Of a stretch of DNA of 64,000 nt, positions 12,800 through 27,139 are shown piece by piece. A program made the translations under genes and the position numbers. The stretch lies in assembly GCA_964016885.1 (NCBI GenBank), contig OZ024764.1:1922001-1986000 (forward strand), written 5' to 3'. Origin of the DNA: Eledone cirrhosa (lineage: Eukaryota). Under the pieces are notes generated by a model, which worked only from the letters and a program-made list of their open reading frames with translations, was not told the DNA's origin and did no database searches. Position 1 is the first letter of the stretch; each line of letters begins with the position of its first letter.

Positions 12800-14265
12800 C
12801 CAGTACCATTTCTGTCACAACCATCTCCTACACCACCACCATTACATCAGCCACCACAACCCATACCACCACCACAACCCATACTACCAACACCACACCA
12901 CCACCATCTCCACCACCACCATCACCAACACTACTACCAACACCACATCACCACCATCACCACACCACCACCATCACCAACACCACAACCCATACTACCA
13001 ACACCACACCACTACCATCACCACCACCAGCATCACCAACACTACTACCAACACCACACCACCACCATCACCACTCCACCACCATCACCAACACCACACC
13101 ACCACCACAACCCATACTACCAACACCACACCACTACCATCACCACCACCAGCATCACCAACACTACTACCAACACCACACCACCACTACTACCAACACC
13201 ACACCACCACCATCACCAACACCACACCACCACCATCACCAACACCACACCACCACCATCACCACCACCAATACTACTACCAACACCACACCACCACACC
13301 ATACTACCACCACCATCACTACTACAAACACCACAGCACCACACCACCACCAATACTACTACCAACACCACACCACACCATACTACCACCACCATCACTA
13401 CTACAAACTCCACACCACCTCACCACCACCAATACTACTACCAACACCACACCACCACACCATACTACCACCACCATCACTACTACAAACACCACACCAC
13501 TACTACCAACAAACACCACACCACCACACCATACTACCACCACCATCACTACTACAAACACCACACCACTACTACCAACACCACACCACCACCATCACCA
13601 ACACCACCACCATCACTACCACCAACACTACTACCACCAACACCACACCACCAACACTACTACCAACACCATCACCACCACCAACACTACTACCAACACC
13701 ACACCACCACACCATCACTACTACAAACACCACACCACCACTACTACCAACACCACACCACCACTACCCCCAACACTACACCACCACTACTACCAACACC
13801 ACACCACCACTACTACCACCACCACACCACCACTACTACCACCACCACACCACCACTACTCCCAACACTACACCACCACTACTACCAACACCACACCACC
13901 ACTACTACCACCACCACACCACCACTACTACCACCACCACACCACCACTACTCCCAACACCACACCACCACTACTCCCAACACCACACCACCACTACTAC
14001 CACCACCACACGACTTCTACTACCACCAACACCACACCACCATTACTACCACCACCACACCACCACTACTACCACCACCACAAAACTTCTACTACCACCA
14101 ACACCACACCACCACTACTACCACCACCACCACTACTACCACCACCACCACTACCACTTCTACCACACCAGCACTACTACCAGCACCACCACCACCACAC
14201 CACCACTACTACCACCACCACACCACCACTACTACCACCACACCATTACATCACCAACACCACAA
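12800..14265. repeat. Low-complexity (ACC/ACT/CA)-rich repeat
   Basis: caccacaccaccactactaccaa variants. Confidence 0.85.
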
Positions 14266-14439
14266 GTAACACTAACCTATATTATTAACCAGCCCCTACC
14301 TTCCACTCCCCCCACCAACACCACCCCTCTCCTCTACACCCCCAACCCACCCCCACCCTCTCCTCTACATTTCCAAGTTAATTGATGTGTGAAGATAACT
14401 GATGAGTGTGTCAGCTTTCCATGGAATTTGAACTCAGCC

Positions 14440-17400
14440 TGTCACAGTTCACTGGTCACAGCTCTGGCTGGCTTACTACTACCACAACTACTACATATAC
14501 CACTACTACCTGTACTGTCACAGCTCTGGCTGGCTTACTACCACTACTACCTATACTGTCACAGTTCACTGGTCACAGCTCTGGCTGGCTTACTACTACC
14601 ACAACTACTACATATACCACTACTACCTGTACTGTCACAGCTCTGGCTGGCTTACTACCACTACTACCTATACTGTCACAGTTCACTGGTCACAGCTCTG
14701 GCTGGCTTACTACTACCACAACTACTACATATACCACTACTACCTGTACTGTCACAGCTCTGGCTGGCTTACTACCACTACTACCTATACTGTCACAGTT
14801 CACTGGTCACAGCTCTGGCTGGCTTACTACTACCACAACTACTACATATACCACTACTACCTGTACTGTCACAGCTCTGGCTGGCTTACTACCACTACCA
14901 CTACTACCTATACTGTCACAGTTCACTGGTCACAGCTCTGGCTGGCTTACTACTACCACAACTACTACATATACCACTACTACCTGTACTGTCACAGCTC
15001 TGGCTGGCTTACTACCACTACCACTACTACCTGCACTGTCACAGCTCTGGCTGGCTTACTACCACTACCACTACTACCTGTACTGTCACAGCTCTGGCTG
15101 GCTTACTACCACTACCACTACTACCTATACTGTCACAGTTCACTGGTCACAGCTCTGGCTGGCTTACTACTACCACAACTACTACATATACCACTACTAC
15201 CACTACCACTACTACCTGTACTGTCACAGCTCTGGCTGGCTTACTACCACTACCACTACTACCTGCACTGTCACAGCTCTGGCTGGCTTACTACCACTAC
15301 CACTACTACCTGTACTGTCACAGCTCTGGCTGGCTTACTACCACTACCACTACTACCTATACTGTCACAGTTCACTGGTCACAGCTCTGGCTGGCTTACT
15401 ACTACCACAACTACTACATATACCACTACTACCACTACCACTACTACCTGTACTGTCACAGCTCTGGCTGGCTTACTACCACTACCACTACTACCTATAC
15501 TGTCACAGTTCACTGGTCACAGCTCTGGCTGGCTTACTACTACCACAACTACTACATATACCACTACTACCTGTACTGTCACAGCTCTGGCTGGCTTACT
15601 ACCACTACTACCTATACTGTCACAGTTCACTGGTCACAGCTCTGGCTGGCTTACTACTACCACAACTACTACATATACCACTACCACTACTACCTGTACT
15701 GTCACAGCTCTGGCTGGCTTACTACCACTACCACTACTACCTGTACTGTCACAGCTCTGGCTGGCTTACTACCACTACCACTACTACCTATACTGTCACA
15801 GTTCACTGGTCACAGCTCTGGCTGGCTTACTACTACCACAACTACTACATATACCACTACTACCACTACCACTACTACCTGTACTGTCACAGCTCTGGCT
15901 GGCTTACTACCACTACCACTACTACCTATACTGTCACAGTTCACTGGTCACAGCTCTGGCTGGCTTACTACTACCACAACTACTACATATACCACTACTA
16001 CCACTACCACTACTACCTGTACTGTCACAGCTCTGGCTGGCTTACTACCACTACCACTACTACCTATACTGTCACAGTTCACTGGTCACAGCTCTGGCTG
16101 GCTTACTACTACCACAACTACTACATATACCACTACTACCTGTACTGTCACAGCTCTGGCTGGCTTACTACCACTACTACCTATACTGTCACAGTTCACT
16201 GGTCACAGCTCTGGCTGGCTTACTACTACCACAACTACTACATATACCACTACCACTACTACCTGTACTGTCACAGCTCTGGCTGGCTTACTACCACTAC
16301 CACTACTACCTATACTGTCACAGTTCACTGGTCACAGCTCTGGCTGGCTTACTACTACCACAACTACTACATATACCACTACCACTACTACCTATACTGT
16401 CACAGTTCACTGGTCACAGCTCTGGCTGGCTTACTACTACCACAACTACTACATATACCACTACTACCACTACCACTACTACCTGCACTGTCACAGCTCT
16501 GGCTGGCTTACTACCACTACCACTACTACCTGTACTGTCACAGCTCTGGCTGGCTTACTACCACTACCACTACTACCTATACTGTCACAGTTCACTGGTC
16601 ACAGCTCTGGCTGGCTTACTACTACCACAACTACTACATATACCACTACTACCACTACCACTACTACCTGTACTGTCACAGCTCTGGCTGGCTTACTACC
16701 ACTACCACTACTACCTATACTGTCACAGTTCACTGGTCACAGCTCTGGCTGGCTTACTACTACCACACCTACTACATATACCACTACTACCACTACCACT
16801 ACTACCTATACTGTCACAGTTCACTGGTCACAGCTCTGGCTGGCTTACTACTACCACAACTACTACATATACCACTACTACCTGTACTGTCACAGCTCTG
16901 GCTGGCTTACTACTACCACAACTACTACATATACCACTACTACCACTACCACTACTACCTGTACTGTCACAGCTCTGGCTGGCTTACTACCACTACCACT
17001 ACTACCTGCACTGTCACAGCTCTGGCTGGCTTACTACCACTACCACTACTACCTGTACTGTCACAGCTCTGGCTGGCTTACTACCACTACCACTACTACC
17101 TATACTGTCACAGTTCACTGGTCACAGCTCTGGCTGGCTTACTACTACCACAACTACTACATATACCACTACTACCACTACCACTACTACCTATACTGTC
17201 ACAGTTCACTGGTCACAGCTCTGGCTGGCTTACTACTACCACAACTACTACATATACCACTACCACCACTACCACTACTACCTATACTGTCACAGTTCAC
17301 TGGTCACAGCTCTGGCTGGCTTACTACTACCACAACTACTACATATACCACTACTACCACTACCACTACTACCTATACTGTCACAGTTCACTGGTCACAG

Positions 17401-18535
17401 CTCTGGCTGGCTTACTACTACCACAACTTCTACATATACCACTACTACCACTACCACTACTACCTGTACTGTCACAGCTCTGGCTGGCTTACTACCACTA
17501 CCACTACTACCTGTACTGTCACAGCTCTGGCTGGCTTACTACCACTACCACTACTACCTATACTGTCACAGTTCACTGGTCACAGCTCTGGCTGGCTTAC
17601 TACTACCACAACTACTACATATACCACTACTACCACTACCACTACTACCTGTACTGTCACAGCTCTGGCTGGCTTACTACCACTACCACCACTACCACTA
17701 CTACCTATACTGTCACAGTTCACTGGTCACAGCTCTGGCTGGCTTACTACTACCACAACTACTACATATACCACTACTACCTATACTGCCACAGCTCTGG
17801 CTGGCTTACTACCACTACCACTACTACATATACCACTACTACCACTACCACTACTACATATACCACTACTACCACTACCACTACTACCTGTACTGTCACA
17901 GCTCTGGCTGGCTTACTACCACTACCACTACTACATATACAACTACTACCACTACCACTACTACCTATACTGTCACAGCTCTGGCTGGCTTACTACCACT
18001 ACCACTACTACATATACCACTACCACTACTACCTATACTGTCACAGCTCTGGTTGGCTTACTACTACCACCACTACTACATATACCACTACTATCTATAC
18101 TACTACTACCTGTACTGTCACAGCTCTGGCTGGCTTACTACTGCCACCACTACTACATATACCACTACTACCACTACCACTACCACCACTACCACTACTA
18201 CCTATACCACTACATATACCACAACCACTACTACCTATACCACTACCACCACTATTACCTCTACTATCTATACCACTACTACCTATACCACTACTACATA
18301 TACCACAAACACTACTACCTATACCACTACCACCACTACTACCACCACTACATCTACCACTAATACCACTACCACTACTACATATACCACTACCACTACC
18401 TATACCACTACTACCACCACTACATATACCACTACCACTACTATCTATACCACAACCACTACCACTACAACCACTACTACATATACCACTACCACTACAA
18501 ACTATACCACTACAACGTATACTACCACAGCTCTG
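14440..18535. repeat. Minisatellite array with variable 40-70 bp units, decaying into (ACT/ACC)n
   Basis: Core gtcacagctctggctggcttactac plus alternating gtcacagttcactg modules. Confidence 0.9.
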
Positions 18536-18553
18536 GTGACTTAGTTTCTCGAT

Positions 18554-18630
18554 ACAGTGAACCCCAAATATTCGTGGAATTGTAAATATCTTAGGCAATT
18601 TTTTAATGGCTTTTTTCATGGCAATATTTA
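18554..18630 (+). mobile_element. Left end of a Tigger/pogo-like DNA element
   Basis: ta-CAGTGAACCCCAAATATTCG; related copy ta-CAGTGTACCCCAACATTCGC at 23649-23810. Confidence 0.45.
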
Positions 18631-21600
18631 TATTTAACACTTATCAACAACAATATACAGTATTGGCTGGCCTATTGGACGCCCCTTCGTATAAGACATA
18701 CACATATATACACACATATAGACATATGTATATATATATGTATATATTTAACACTTATCAACAACAATATACCGTATCGGCTGGCCTATTGGACGCCCCT
18801 TCGTATAAGACATACACATATATACACACATATAGACATATGTATATATATATGTATATATTTAACACTTATCAACAACAATATACCGTATTGGCTGGCC
18901 TATTGGACGCCCCTTCGTATAAGACATACACATATATACACACATATAGACATATGTATATATATATGTATATATTTAACACTTATCAACAACAATATAC
19001 CGTATCGGCTGGCCTATTGGACGCCCCTTCGTATAAGACATACACATATATACACACATATAGACATATGTATATATATATGTATATATTTAACACTTAT
19101 CAACAACAATATACCGTATTGGCTGGCCTATTGGACGCCCCTTCGTATAAGACATACACATATATACACACATATAGACATATGTATATATATATGTATA
19201 TATTTAACACTTATCAACAACAATATACAGTATTGGCTGGCCTATTGGACGCCCCTTCGTATAAGACATACACATATATACACACATATAGACGTATGTA
19301 TATATATATGTATATATTTAACACTTATCAACAACAATATACCGTATTGGCTGGCCTATTGGACGCCCCTTCGTATAAGACATACACATATATACACACA
19401 TATAGACGTATGTATATATATATGTATATATTTAACACTTATCAACAACAATATACCGTATCGGCTGGCCTATTGGACGCCCCTTCGTATAAGACATACA
19501 CATATATACACACATATAGACATATGTATATATATATGTATATATTTAACACTTATCAACAACAATATACCGTATTGGCTGGCCTATTGGACGCCCCTTC
19601 GTATAAGACATACACATATATACACACATATAGACATATGTATATATATATGTATATATTTAACACTTATCAACAACAATATACCGTATCGGCTGGCCTA
19701 TTGGACGCCCCTTCGTATAAGACATACACATATATACACACATATAGACATATGTATATATATATGTATATATTTAACACTTATCAACAACAATATACCG
19801 TATTGGCTGGCCTATTGGACGCCCCTTCGTATAAGACATACACATATATACACACATATAGACATATGTATATATATATGTATATATTTAACACTTATCA
19901 ACAACAATATACCGTATTGGCTGGCCTATTGGACGCCCCTTCGTATAAGACATACACATATATACACACATATAGACGTATGTATATATATATGTATATA
20001 TTTAACACTTATCAACAACAATATACCGTATTGGCTGGCCTATTGGACGCCCCTTCGTATAAGACATACACATATATACACACATATAGACGTATGTATA
20101 TATATATGTATATATTTAACACTTATCAACAACAATATACCGTATTGGCTGGCCTATTGGACGCCCCTTCGTATAAGACATACACATATATACACACATA
20201 TAGACATATGTATATATATATATATATATTTAACACTTATCAACAACAATATACCGTATTGGCTGGCCTATTGGACGCCCCTTCGTATAAGACATACACA
20301 TATATACACACATATAGACATATGTATATATATATATGTATATATTTAACACTTATCAACAACAATATACCGTATTGGCTGGCCTATTGGACGCCCCTTC
20401 GTATAAGACATACACATATATACACACATATAGACGTATGTATATATATATGTATATATTTAACACTTATCAACAACAATATACCGTATTGGCTGGCCTA
20501 TTGGACGCCCCTTCGTATAAGACATACACATATATACACACATATAGACATATGTATATATATATATATATATTTAACACTTATCAACAACAATATACCG
20601 TATTGGCTGGCCTATTGGACGCCCCTTCGTATAAGACATACACATATATACACACATATAGACATATGTATATATATATATGTATATATTTAACACTTAT
20701 CAACAACAATATACCGTATTGGCTGGCCTATTGGACGCCCCTTCGTATAAGACATACACATATATACACACATATAGACGTATGTATATATATATGTATA
20801 TATTTAACACTTATCAACAACAATATACCGTATTGGCTGGCCTATTGGACGCCCCTTCGTATAAGACATACACATATATACACACATATAGACATATGTA
20901 TATATATATATATATATTTAACACTTATCAACAACAATATACCGTATTGGCTGGCCTATTGGACGCCCCTTCGTATAAGACATACACATATATACACACA
21001 TATAGACATATGTATATATATATATGTATATATTTAACACTTATCAACAACAATATACCGTATTGGCTGGCCTATTGGACGCCCCTTCGTATAAGACATA
21101 CACATATATACACACATATAGACATATGTATATATATATATGTATATATTTAACACTTATCAACAACAATATACCGTATTGGCTGGCCTATTGGACGCCC
21201 CTTCGTATAAGACATACACATATATACACACATATAGACATATGTATATATATATATATATATTTAACACTTATCAACAACAATATACCGTATTGGCTGG
21301 CCTATTGGACGCCCCTTCGTATAAGACATACACATATATACACACATATAGACATATGTATATATATATATGTATATATTTAACACTTATCAACAACAAT
21401 ATACCGTATTGGCTGGCCTATTGGACGCCTCTTCGTATAAGACATACACATATATACACACATATAGACATATGTATATATATATATATATATTTAACAC
21501 TTATCAACAACAATATACCGTATTGGCTGGCCTATTGGACGCGCCTTCGTATAAGACATACACATATATACACACATATAGACATATGTATATATATATA

Positions 21601-22410
21601 TATATTTAACACTTGTCAACAACAATATACCGTATTGGCTGGCCTATTGGACGCCCCTTCGTATAAGACATACACATATATACACACATATAGACATATG
21701 TATATATATATGTATATATTTAACACTTATCAACAACAATATACCGTATTGGCTGGCCTATTGGACGCCCCTTCGTATAAGACATACACATATATACACA
21801 CATATAGACATATGTATATATATATATATATATATATTTAACACTTGTCAACAACAATATACCGTATTGGCTGGCCTATTGGACGCCCCTTCGTATAAGA
21901 CATACACATATATACACACATATAGACATATGTATATATATATATATATATTTAACACTTGTCAACAACAATATACCGTATTGGCTGGCCTATTGGACGC
22001 CCCTTCGTATAAGACATACACATATATACACACATATAGACATATGTATATATATATGTATATATTTAACACTTATCAACAACAATATACCGTATTGGCT
22101 GGCCTATTGGACGCCCCTTCGTATAAGACATACACATATATACACACATATAGACATATGTATATATATATATATATATATATTTAACACTTGTCAACAA
22201 CAATATACCGTATTGGCTGGCCTATTGGACGCCCCTTCGTATAAGACATACACATATATACACACATATAGACATATGTATATATATATATATATATTTA
22301 ACACTTATCAACAACAATATACCGTATTGGCTGGCCTATTGGACGCCCCTTCGTATAAGACATACACATATATACACATATATAGACGTATGTATATATA
22401 TATATGTATA
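18630..22410. repeat. ~114-bp satellite, about 33 copies
   Basis: tttaacacttatcaacaacaatataccgtattggctggcctattggacgccccttcgtataagac plus a (CA/TA) tract. Confidence 0.95.
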
Positions 22411-22415
22411 TATAG

Positions 22416-22580
22416 TAATAATTGTTTCTACTTTTGGCACAAGGCCAGCAATTATCCCAGTGTATTACTGGTACTTTATTTTATCGATCCCGCAAGGATG
22501 AAAGGCAAAGTTAACTCCAGCGGGATTTGGACTCAGTCCGTAAAGGGACGTAACTGTGCTGCAAAACATGGCGTCCGACC
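22416..22580 (-). mobile_element. SINE family B
   Basis: attgtttctac...ggcacaaggccagc...ggatgaaaggcaaagttaac. Confidence 0.8.
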
Positions 22581-22689
22581 CGATAATATTTTCGAATCAG
22601 CGAGCGAGTTTGAAATTATTATAAATATTCTTACTTGGCATTACAGTTGCTAAGTTTATAGCTTCTAATTTGAATGGAAAAAGACGGGT

Positions 22690-22761
22690 GATGTGTTGGT
22701 GTAAATGGTAGCACAGTGGTCTGGATAACCAAAGCTGTGGGTTCGACTCCCATTTACGTCA
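22690..22761 (+). pseudogene. tRNA-like sequence (anticodon loop CT-GGA-TA) enclosed in a 17-bp inverted repeat
   Basis: Cloverleaf: acceptor GATGTGT/TTACGTC, D arm GTGT/GCAC with TGGTA, anticodon stem TGGT/ACCA, T arm GTGGG-TTCGACT-CCCAT. Confidence 0.6.
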
Positions 22762-22997
22762 ATACTCATCTTTTTCCATTTCTCCGAGGGTTCTTAACCC
22801 CACTATCATGCTAAATAATTTCTTTAATTTCTTTAGTAAAAATAGGGCGATAGCTTACATTTATATATATATATATTGTTATACTTTGGGAGGGTCACAC
22901 GCACCAGTTGTTTCACTAAAATTTATTATAAATTTAAAAAAAAAATTTTTTTATAAATTTGACAATATATAAACAACCGGATGGTTGTTCATATATT

Positions 22998-23040
22998 GTC
23001 AAAGTTCTTTCGTCACACATTCTGTGACCTCATCAGTGAC
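22998..23040 (-). ncRNA. Minimal type I hammerhead ribozyme
   Basis: GTCA-CTGATGA-G-GTCACA-GAATG-TGTGAC-GAAA-GAAC-TT-TGAC; decayed sister copy at 42278-42320. Confidence 0.65.
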
Positions 23041-23106
23041 CGGGGATTCTTTTCTTTGTTTTGTGCCTCTCCTTTGTCAGAAACGAAATATATTTATATA
23101 TATATG

Positions 23107-23443
23107 GAAGCATATGGCTTAGTGGTTAGAGCATTGGACTTGCAATCGAAAGGTTGTGAGTTCAATTTTAAGACCGGGTGATGTGTTGTTTCCTTGAGCA
23201 AGACACTTTATTTCACATTGCTCCGGTTTACTCAGCTGTAGAAATGAGATGATAGGGACTGGGGTCCCTATCATCCCACTGCAAAGTGGTCGTGGAGGTG
23301 CCACGGCAAAAAAGCACCCACCACTCACTGTAAATGAGGTTGGTGTTAGGAAGGGCATCCAGCTGTAGAAATCAAGCCAGCATCAGTTCCCGCCCCACCC
23401 TTGCAAGCAGGGAAAAGCGGACGTAAAATGATGATGATGATGA
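23107..23443 (+). mobile_element. SINE family A, full length
   Basis: tRNA head, ccttgagcaagacac body, tail cccacccttgcaagcagggaaaagcggacgtaaaa(tga)n. Confidence 0.85.
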
Positions 23444-23884
23444 TATATATATAATCATCATCACCGTTTTACGTCTGTTCTTCCACGCTAGCATGGGTTA
23501 GACGGTGTCTATATAATATATATATATATATGAAAAGATTCAGGACCCTCTTGGCAGAGCTCGTGCCATTTTGACAGCTGTCAGATTTACCTCTAAGAAC
23601 ATAACCCCCTGCGAATACAGGCATCATATAACTGACCTTTCCTAAATACAGTGTACCCCAACATTCGCAGTCCCAGTTATTCACTGAATTTTCCTTAGAT
23701 CCTAACTAATAATTGTCCGTAGAAACCCCCAAATATTCGCGGAATCCTAAATATCTTCCATGATTATTTTATGGCTTTTTCGTGACTATATATTTTCACG
23801 CCATTTAACATAAGATGCTGCCTCTTTTTTATTATATTTTATGTTATATTTTGACATTTATAGGCATTTTTATGGACCACGTCC

Positions 23885-26600
23885 AATAACCCTTCTCATC
23901 TCTCTACCTCACAGCTACCTGGTCAACCACACATATGCCAACTACCACCCCCCTCTCACCTCACTGACCACCCCTCTCTCACCTCACTGACCACCCCAAC
24001 TACCACCCCTCTCTCACCTCACTGACCCCCCTAATAACCCCTCACTCACCTCACTGACCCCCCTAATAACCCCTCTCTCACCTCACTGACCCCCCTAATA
24101 ACCCCTCTCTCACCTCACTGACCCCCCTAATAACCCCTCACTCACCTCACTGACCCCCCTAATAACCCCTCACTCACCTCACTGACCCCCCTAATAACCC
24201 CTCTCTCACCTCACTGACCCCCCTAATAAACCCTCACTCACCTCACTGACCCCCCTAATAACCCCTCTCTCACCTCACTGACCCCCCTAATAACCCCTCA
24301 CTCACCTCACTGACCCCCCTAATAACCCCTCTCTCACCTCACTGACCCCCCTAATAACCCCTCACTGACCCCCCTAATAACCCCTCTCTCACCTCACTGA
24401 CCCCCCTAATAACCCCTCTCTCACCTCACTGACCCCCCTAATAACCCCTCACTCACCTCACTGACCCCCCTAATAACCCCTCTCACCTCACTGACCCTAC
24501 AGGTACCTGGTCAACTACACATATGCCAACTACCACCCCACACTCACCTCACTGACCACCCCAACTACCACCCCTCTCTCACCTCACTGACCACCCCAAC
24601 TACCACCCCTCTCTCACCTCACTGTCCACCCCCAACTACCGCCCCTCTCTCACCTCCCTGACCACCCCAACTACCACCCCTCTCTCACCTCACTGACCAC
24701 CCCAACTACCACCCCTCTCACCTCCCTGACCACCCCAACTACCACCCCTCTCTCACCTCCCTGACCACCCCAACTACCACCCCTCTCTCACCTCCCTGAC
24801 CACCCCAACTACCACCCCTCTCTCACCTCCCTGACCACCCCAACTACCACCCCTCTCTCACCTCCCTGACCACCCCACACTCACCTCACTGACCACCCCA
24901 ACTACCACCCCTCTCTCACCTCACTGACCACCCCAACTACCACCCCTCTCTCACCTCACTGACCACCCCAACTACCACCCCTCTATCACCTCACTGACCA
25001 CCCCAGCTACCACCCCTCTCTCACCTCACTGACCACGCCAACTACCACCCCTCTCTCACCTCACTGACCACCCCAACTACCACCCCTCTCTCACCTCACT
25101 AACCACCCCAACTACCCCCCTCTCTCACCTCACTGTCCACCCCTCTCTCACCTCCCTGACCACCCCAACTACCACCCCTCTCTCACCTCACTGACCACCC
25201 CAACTACCACCCCTCTCTCACCTCACTGACCACCCCAACTACCACCCCTCTCTCACCTCACTGTCCACCCCTCTCTCACCTCCCTGACCACCCCAACTAC
25301 CACCCCTCTCTCACCTCACTGACCACCCCTACTACCACCCCTCTCTCACCTCACTGACCACCCCAACTACCACCCCTCTCTCACCTCACTGTCCACCCCA
25401 ACTACCACCCCTCTCTCACCTCCCTGACCACCCCAACTACCACCCCTCTCTCACCTCACTGACCACCCCAACTACCACCCCTCTCTCACCTCACTGTCCA
25501 CCCCCCTCTCACCTCACTGACCACCCCAACTACCACCCCTCTCTCACCTCCCTGACCACCCCAACTACCACCCCTCTCTCACCTCAGTGACCACCCCAAC
25601 TACCACCCCTCTCTCACCTCACTGACCACCCCCCTCTCACCTCACTGACCACCCCAACTACCACCCCTCTCACCTCACTGACCACCCCAACTACCACCCC
25701 TCTCTCACCTCACTGTCCACCCCAACTACCACCCCTCTCTCACCTCACTGACCACCCCAACTACCACCCCTCTCACCTCACTGACCACCCCAACTACCAC
25801 CCCTCTCTCACCTCACTGACCACCCCAACTACCACACCTCTCTCACCTCACTGACCACCCCAACTACCACCCCTCTCACCTCACTGACCACCCCAACTAC
25901 CACCCCTCTCTCACCTCACTGTCCACCCCAACTACCACCCCTCTCTCACCTCACTGTCCACCCCAACTACCACCCCTCTCTCACCTCACTGACCACCCCA
26001 ACTACCACCCCTCTCTCACCTCACTGACCACCCCAACTACCACCCCCTCTCACCTCACTGTCCACCCCAACTACCACCCCTCTCTCACCTCACTGACCAC
26101 CCCAACTACCACCCCTCCCACCTCACTGACCACCCCAACTACCACCCCTCTCTCACCTCACTGTCCACCCCAACTACCACCCCTCTCTCACCTCACTGTC
26201 CACCCCAACTACCACCCCTCTCTCACCTCACTGACCACCCCAACTACCACCCCTCTCTCACCTCACTGACCACCCCAACTACCACCCCCCTCTCACCTCA
26301 CTGACCACCCCAACTACCACCCCCCTCTCACCTCACTGACCACCCCAACTACCCCCCTCTATCACCTCACTGACCCCCCCCAACTACCACCCCTCTCTCA
26401 CCTCACTGTCCACCCCAACTACCACCCCCTCTCACCTCACTGACCACCCCAACTACCCCCCTCTCACCTCACTGACCCCCTAATAACCCCTCTCTCACCT
26501 CACTGACCACCCCAACTACCACCCCTCTCTCACCTCACTGACTACCCCAACTACACCCCCCTCTCACCTCACTGACCCCCTAATAACCCCTCTCCTCTCT
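23885..26600. repeat. C-rich ~35-bp minisatellite upstream of the KLHL exon, containing two copies of the exon's acceptor and start
   Basis: Units ccaactaccacccctctctcacctcactgaccacc and taataacccctctctcacctcactgacccccc. Confidence 0.9.
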
Positions 26601-26609
26601 ACCCTACAG

Positions 26610-26926
26610 GTACCTGGTCAACCACACATATGCCAACTACCAGAGTAACAAGATGGATGAGATCGGTGACGTGTATCGCTCCATGAACCACTCAGAGCGC
26701 ATGATGTGCAAAATGGAGGGCTACGTGTGCAAGCGCACGTTGTGCGATGTGACCCTGATTGCAGGGCAGAAGCGCATCCCTGCACACCGGCTGGTCCTCA
26801 GCGTAGCCTCAGACTACTTCGCCGCCATGTTCACCAATGACGTCCGAGAGGCCAAGATGGACGAGGTCAAGATGAAGGATGTCGATGCAGATGCATTAAG
26901 TGCACTGGTGCAGTACGCATACACAG
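26610..26926 (+). CDS. KLHL5: Internal exon of a kelch-like (KLHL1/4/5 subfamily) gene encoding the BTB/POZ domain
   Basis: Reads YLVNHTYANYQSNKMDEIGDVYRSMNHSERMMCKMEGYVCKRTLCDVTLIAGQKRIPAHRLVLSVASDYFAAMFTNDVREAKMDEVKMKDVDADALSALVQYAYTG, close to the KLHL5/KLHL1 BTB motif (LCDV.L.AG..RIPAHRLVLS..SDYFAAMFTNDVRE). Acceptor ctctctaccctacag|G at 26609 and donor G|GTAAGT at 26927. No other exon of the gene was recognised. Confidence 0.9.
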
Positions 26927-26960
26927 GTAAGTCACACCTCCCTCTGTCTGTCTATATATA

Positions 26961-27115
26961 GGCACAAGGCCAGCAATTTTAGGGGGGGGGGGGCAGGGGG
27001 GAAGTCATAAGGATGAAAGGCAAAGTTAACCTCGGTGGAATTTGAACACAGATCATAAAGGGCCGTAACTCTATGCTGTAAAACATGGCGTCCGATACTG
27101 CCAATCCACTGCCCT
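26961..27115 (-). mobile_element. SINE family B (degenerate)
   Basis: ggcacaaggccagc...ggatgaaaggcaaagttaacctcgg...ctgccaatcc. Confidence 0.7.
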
Positions 27116-27139
27116 TTTCTGTATATAAATAATGATGAT

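Noticed and set aside
14389-18539. 1324-aa and 1377-aa ORFs
   Set aside because: Stop-free minisatellite open in several frames with no domain content
18606-22653. 695-aa repeat ORF and CRISPR-like periodicity
   Set aside because: 114-bp satellite; the sequence between cores is near-identical microsatellite rather than unique spacers, there are no cas genes, and the context is eukaryotic
22655-22820. Minus-strand hammerhead with the tRNA-like sequence as stem III loop
   Set aside because: Core reads ATGATAG here (CTGATAG in the 32660 copy) and stem I does not pair convincingly
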